This document shows positions 60,201 to 64,000 of a stretch of 64,000 nt of DNA, one piece after another. The position numbers and the translations under genes were made by a program. The notes under the pieces are model-generated. The model was not told the origin of the DNA and did not search any database. It saw nothing but the letters and a program-made list of their open reading frames with translations. The stretch comes from Ascidiella aspersa (lineage: Eukaryota), in assembly GCA_963924565.1 (NCBI GenBank), contig OZ004608.1:29326001-29390000 (forward strand), in the 5' to 3' direction. Every line of letters begins with the position of its first letter. Position 1 is the first letter of the stretch.

Positions 60201-63200
60201 CCGCGCTGATCAGTCTGCATTGCATGTACGTTTGTGAGTTTGACTTTTTGCCGAAAAACAAAAACTGGTAGATAATATACTTATATTTCTATTGTGAAAC
60301 AGTCATTGTTTTCTATTTTTTGAAGATTTTAAATTCACGAGGTCGAACACAGAAATCTTCTGTGCGTCAATAAATAGAACCGACAGTTTTTTTTTTAATT
60401 TTTACATTGTTTTTTCGGGTTGATGATTCACAGAGGTCGTTCAAACTAGCAAGGGGTCACTATAATGATCAGTTATTTTCCTGAAGTATTTATCGATTCG
60501 TACTTCGCCATTAAGATGTTGATGGATAATCGCTTACCGCGAAAAGTCGCATTAGGGCCACGTCATAACAGCTTTCAATTAGTATTCTGGAAAAGCGGAA
60601 AGCGAAATTTTACTATTAATTTTTTGCCCTTAAATTTTTTTTTTAACTCAATATACAGTTCCAAACGTCAGTTGTAAATGTCAACCTATATTTTTTTTTA
60701 ATTTCCGGGTTATTAAAATGTCAAAATGTTCAGCTAAAAACGCAAGAAAAAGTGCCACCACCTTTCAGAAAAAAGTCAATAAAAAGCTTAAAAAACATAA
60801 ACAGGGTTGGGATTTCGCACGCGCCCGCTCGTCAAAGCGAGTGCAATTTGTTCCAGGCGAGTGGTGATTGATTTTGCATCCACTTACCTGACTGGCGAGT
60901 GGCCTAAAGCAAAAATTGGTTGTTGTTCTGTCGTTGTCAACTCTATATTGACCTATTGCTAAGTTCATCAGCGAACAATTCTGTTAAACGCCCACTGCTG
61001 AAAGCCACCTACGCAACTAACAACGAATCAACAGGCGCATCGCACATGGTAAAAATCCTACGCATCTAATATTGCGATAAACAGCCAAGCCTCTATAATG
61101 GGCATAGGAACATGTTATTTTACTGAGCATCGAATTCTTTAATAGCTTTCTCGTGGAAGATGTTTCGCCGTGGAAATGTCATTTTTTGGCGAGTGGTATT
61201 TTGTCCGGGCGATGCTTATTTAATGGTCACTCGACCGCCTTGTTTTAATTCCAACCCTGACTAACATTTTTTTTTGCATATAATGAAAGTTAAATATTAA
61301 CAAACGTCTATATGATTTAAAAAACATTTCTATGTTGTTGTTTTTTCATACAGTTTCATGTACTTAGTCGCAGATCGTTGATTGCGATTTTTACCTGTTG
61401 CCATAAATGTGACTGGCGCAGAATGCAAAGCTGTAGTGAAGCAAGGTGGGGTCGATCATCAGGCCTTGCTGGGCGCGCTCCAGTAGATCTAAAAATGCAA
61501 TTAACAGGTTAGATGTAGGCTAAGGCAGTGACGTAATACTACGTCACACGTCGGAGTGCTAGTGGTCAAATGAGGTGTTTCTGTGATGTCACCGATATAC
61601 AATTAATTAAACAACACTGTACATTGTACAACCGTGTAGGTGGTTATTACAGTAAAACTTCTCTGGTCAGACGGAATTTGGTATTATAATCGATGATTGT
61701 GTTCTATGCGAAGGTTTATGCGAAGGTGTAAAGGTAATCTATTACACATTTTGGTTAAATCCGATTTTTCTTAACATTTTCGAACAAAACACTTAATACA
61801 ATAGAAACAAGTTTGAAAACATCAGTAGGAACAGGCGGTTAACACAGTTTTAACTTTATGTTTTACCATGTAGTTTGTCCATCAGCGATGAAGTTAAACC
61901 AGCTAACATTAATTTTAGACTTCATATACACCATATTATAAAATAAAAACTTATCTGCAGGCGAAATGTTTAAAAAAATGTACAATTCAAAATTTCTACT
62001 AGAAGAAAAAATGACTCAAAACTGCAGATTTGGTTTTGAACAAAAAAAATTGCTCGGAGTGCGTTAAAAAAACTGTCGTGACGATTCTATAGCAAATAGT
62101 TTAGAGCTTACCGGCGAGATAGCAGAGGTGCCGGTGGCATCCACGCACTCCGTAGCGGGCGCAGTACTCGTCCAGCACGAACACCTGGCCAGGCGAAAAC
62201 CAGCCCTGAAAAACAAAAACATTAAAAACTGTTTTATAAACTTACCTTTCAAGGTGGAAATAAATAGACATTGCTGAAATTATTATATTACTTTAGTATC
62301 GTATCGGCACCGTTACCACCCAAGTATCAAACGAATACCGATACTACCATATCCCACTTAGCATCCGGTATGGGCTGCGATTTAAAATTATCGGACATAA
62401 TTTAGTTCATACGATTAACAACTGAAAGAGGGAATAATTTCGCCAAACTATAGTTAACGCAAGGCGTTATTCTATACAAATATTCATTCGGTAAATAGAT
62501 TTTTTAGCAAACAACAATCCTATTGGAAAGCGTTTACTATCGATTTTGTACACGAGAATTTTTTTTATAAAAAAATTGAGTAGGAAGGTGCGTTGACACG
62601 GTATATATTCTGGTTATGTACGTAAAAAGCAGATAACAAAATTGTATTACATTTTTTATACCAACTTAAAAACTATAGATTTCTTCGCACAGTGTAACCA
62701 AAACGTATTTGGGAGACACCTCTCCAATTTTAAAGTTTAACAAAATAAATCCATTATTATGGTTTGTGACGTAAACTTGTCACAACTAGTTTTCCAAAAC
62801 TGTTTGATGTATGATCAATACGTAACGTCTCCTTTAAAAGTCTGGCATTTTAAACCAAATAGAACGATTCTATATGCGTCTCTCTGTGTGTACGTGGTAC
62901 AAAAAAGAATTCAATCAATTTTTTTTATTTCCCGAAATACGCCTAGCCTCTTGAAGAAACGAAAGTATCTCACCAGGCAGGAGTAGCAGTCGTTGAGCCG
63001 ATGATCAAGTGTGAGTCGTTGCAGCAGCTCGAAGAGGGACGAGTGGTCGTACTTGCACGGGTCGGCCGATATAAAGTCGTCCATGCCGTGCTTGCGCGCC
63101 CGGTCCGCGTCTGAAGTCAAATGACGGATAAGGTAAGCGAGTTTTCAGTTAAAAAACTTTTATTTACTATCCTTTAAGAATAGTCAAAATGGCCGTAGTT

Positions 63201-63954
63201 ATTTTCGTGGAATGCGAGCAATTGACAAATAATATAAATCCAGGGTGTACTGATTTCCAAAAAAATAAAGGCCAACACAAATCGTTTAAACGTAACTTTA
63301 AGTCCAACATAAGTAATAAGCGTAGTAGTTTAAGTCCAACATAATTAAGTTATTCCCAAAATAACGAAATATCAAGTCAAATTAAATACGAAACCGTAGT
63401 CCTGCTAAGGTAATTTACAAAACTACTTTAAGCTGACTTTAAGCCTTACCATAGTAATTAAAGTTCAAGTCAATTTACTTGAAGCTTGAAGGTTTATTTA
63501 TTTGCAAATTACCTTTAAGTGCATTTATTTTCAAAAGCTAAGTTTTAAGTAATTTGAAAAAAACTCCCATTAAGTCAAGTCGATTGATGCCATGTCAAAT
63601 AAAGGGCAAGTCAAATCGTTTGCAAAATAACTGGACTCCAATTTAAAATTCGCTATATATATGTCGTCCGCAAAGTTGCCTAATATTAATCTCGTGAGAC
63701 AACAACATGACGCTGCCGACTCCACTCAAGTCAAAGTGAAATAATTATCAAAAATCGTATTATAAATTAACTTATTTGCAAAAACACAAAACAGAAAAAC
63801 AGAAAACTCACAGAATTGCGACACGGGCGCGTCGAGTTGTCCGTGTTTGCCGGCGTTTAGCTTCTGCACTTGGGTGGGCGGCACTGGCTTGTGCGACTGG
63901 CCGGTGGCTCGGTACATTGCCTGCACCCACAGAATGCGGTCCTGTTCGTCGTCG
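42276..63954 (-). CDS. CADPS: Calcium-dependent secretion activator (CAPS/UNC-31), 3' portion (PH-domain end, MUN/MHD1 region, C-terminal vesicle-binding region); 5' end lies beyond the window
   Basis: 16 in-frame GT-AG exons: 63954-63812, 63110-62974, 62205-62112, 61488-61395, 59647-59482, 57849-57726, 55500-55400, 52245-52089, 51401-51260, 50220-50062, 49235-49131, 46984-46858, 45902-45819, 44676-44569, 43195-43010, 42365-42276. Near-identical CAPS motifs: [91 protein letters not shown]. Confidence 0.96.
43703..44467. repeat. 51-bp minisatellite, ~15 copies, in CADPS intron
   Basis: Unit GGGTATTTTGAATACCAAGTTGTACTATGGGCGGTTCTATACAGTGAACAA and variants, head-to-tail with no spacers. Confidence 0.95.
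47097..47465. repeat. 162-bp tandem repeat, ~2.3 copies
   Basis: TAGACAAATT(G/A)TATTTAAGTCTTGACAAGCTTTCGCACAACCGTG starts at 47097, 47259 and 47421. A diverged relative lies near 49260-49480. Confidence 0.9.
49636..49981. mobile_element. hAT-like MITE
   Basis: Termini TAGTGCTCTTCAA and TTGAAGAGCACTG with GGGGTGCAC subterminal repeats. TSD not recognisable. Confidence 0.6.
52495..52645. repeat. ~23-bp minisatellite, ~6 copies
   Basis: Unit TGGACTTTTCATAAACCTAAAAT with variants. Confidence 0.85.
52749..52942. mobile_element. Young 194-bp hAT (Charlie/Buster-like) MITE
   Basis: Perfect TIR CAGGGGTTCCCAACC and perfect TSD GTGTAAAC (52741-52748, 52943-52950). Confidence 0.9.
54251..54526. mobile_element. 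hAT (Charlie/Buster-like) MITE
   Basis: CAGTGGTTCTCAAC...GTTGCGAAACACTG, TSD GTTTAAAA/GTTTAAAG. Confidence 0.8.
54803..54811 (-). CDS. CADPS: 9-nt CADPS microexon encoding GKE
   Basis: Minus strand TTTGCTTTTTTGCTTGCTTTGTCGGGCGTCCAG|GGCAAGGAG|GTAAGA. Phase 0/0, between HHYE and AFAWF, the position where vertebrate CAPS proteins have an optional short insert. Confidence 0.8.
55912..55941 (-). CDS. CADPS: Candidate 30-nt CADPS cassette exon ([10 protein letters not shown])
   Basis: TTTGCATGATTAG|GTGAAAAAGTCCCCTTTTTCATATTTGCTC|GTGAGT. Phase 1/1, open and frame-preserving. Confidence 0.4.
56619..56672 (-). CDS. CADPS: Candidate 54-nt CADPS cassette exon ([18 protein letters not shown])
   Basis: TTTATCTTTTCTTGTAAG|GTTTAACC...ATAAACA|GTAATT. 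Phase 1/1, open and frame-preserving. Downstream UG-rich tract with TGCATG at 56558-56563. Confidence 0.4.
56772..57064. mobile_element. hAT (Charlie/Buster-like) MITE
   Basis: TIR CATGGATGTCCAAC/GTTGGACATCCCTG, GGGCCGCA subterminal repeats, perfect TSD GTTTAAAC. Confidence 0.88.
57984..58476. mobile_element. hAT (Charlie/Buster-like) MITE
   Basis: TIR CAGTGGTTCTCAAA/TTTGAGAACCACTG, TGGGTCGC subterminal repeats, TSD TTTTAAGG/TTTTAACA. Confidence 0.85.
59034..59432 (+). mobile_element. GACTT-rich MITE (family A)
   Basis: Starts CAGTGTTGTAATGACTTGAGTC and is colinear with the copy at 209-630. Confidence 0.7.
59798..60094. mobile_element. hAT MITE
   Basis: GAGGGGTGGGCAA...TTGCCCACCCTG, GGCCCG subterminal repeats, identical flanking 8-mers ATTTAAAA. 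Confidence 0.7.
60802..61259. mobile_element. hAT-like MITE
   Basis: CAGGGTTGGGATT...AATTCCAACCCTG with repeated GGCGAGTGG subterminal motifs. TSD not evident. Confidence 0.6.
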
Positions 63955-64000
63955 CTAAAACGAAAAAGGAAAGAGATGTTCGCTATTGGAGAATGTGAAG

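Overview
Eukaryotic, AT-rich, intron-dense animal DNA. An invertebrate chordate such as an ascidian tunicate is most likely; this is inferred from gene content and sequence style, not proven. Splicing exons by hand gives four protein-coding genes and one pseudogene. (1) A 10-exon MYORG/KIAA1161-type GH31 glycosidase on + (9042-18454, ~684 aa). (2) A tail-to-tail paralog on - (31005-22414, ~678 aa). (3) A disabled Sulfotransfer_4-type gene between them on -. (4) A 6-exon AGTRAP ortholog on - (39939-34963, 166 aa) that the ORF track misses. (5) The 3' part (16 constitutive exons) of CADPS/CAPS/UNC-31 on -, entering from beyond the right edge. The left end holds a promoter, a probable first exon and a STAT/CRE-rich element of an unidentified leftward gene. 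Introns contain many non-autonomous DNA transposons (hAT MITEs with 8-bp TSDs, one nested pair, a stack of Merlin-like hairpin MITEs) and minisatellites. The most interesting signals are exon-by-exon mosaic homogenisation of the two inverted glycosidase paralogs and a cluster of frame-preserving CADPS micro/cassette exons (9, 30 and 54 nt) with UGC and UGCAUG splicing motifs. There is no evidence for a prokaryote-type system, CRISPR array, rRNA or intact tRNA, and I cannot claim a wholly new biological system here.
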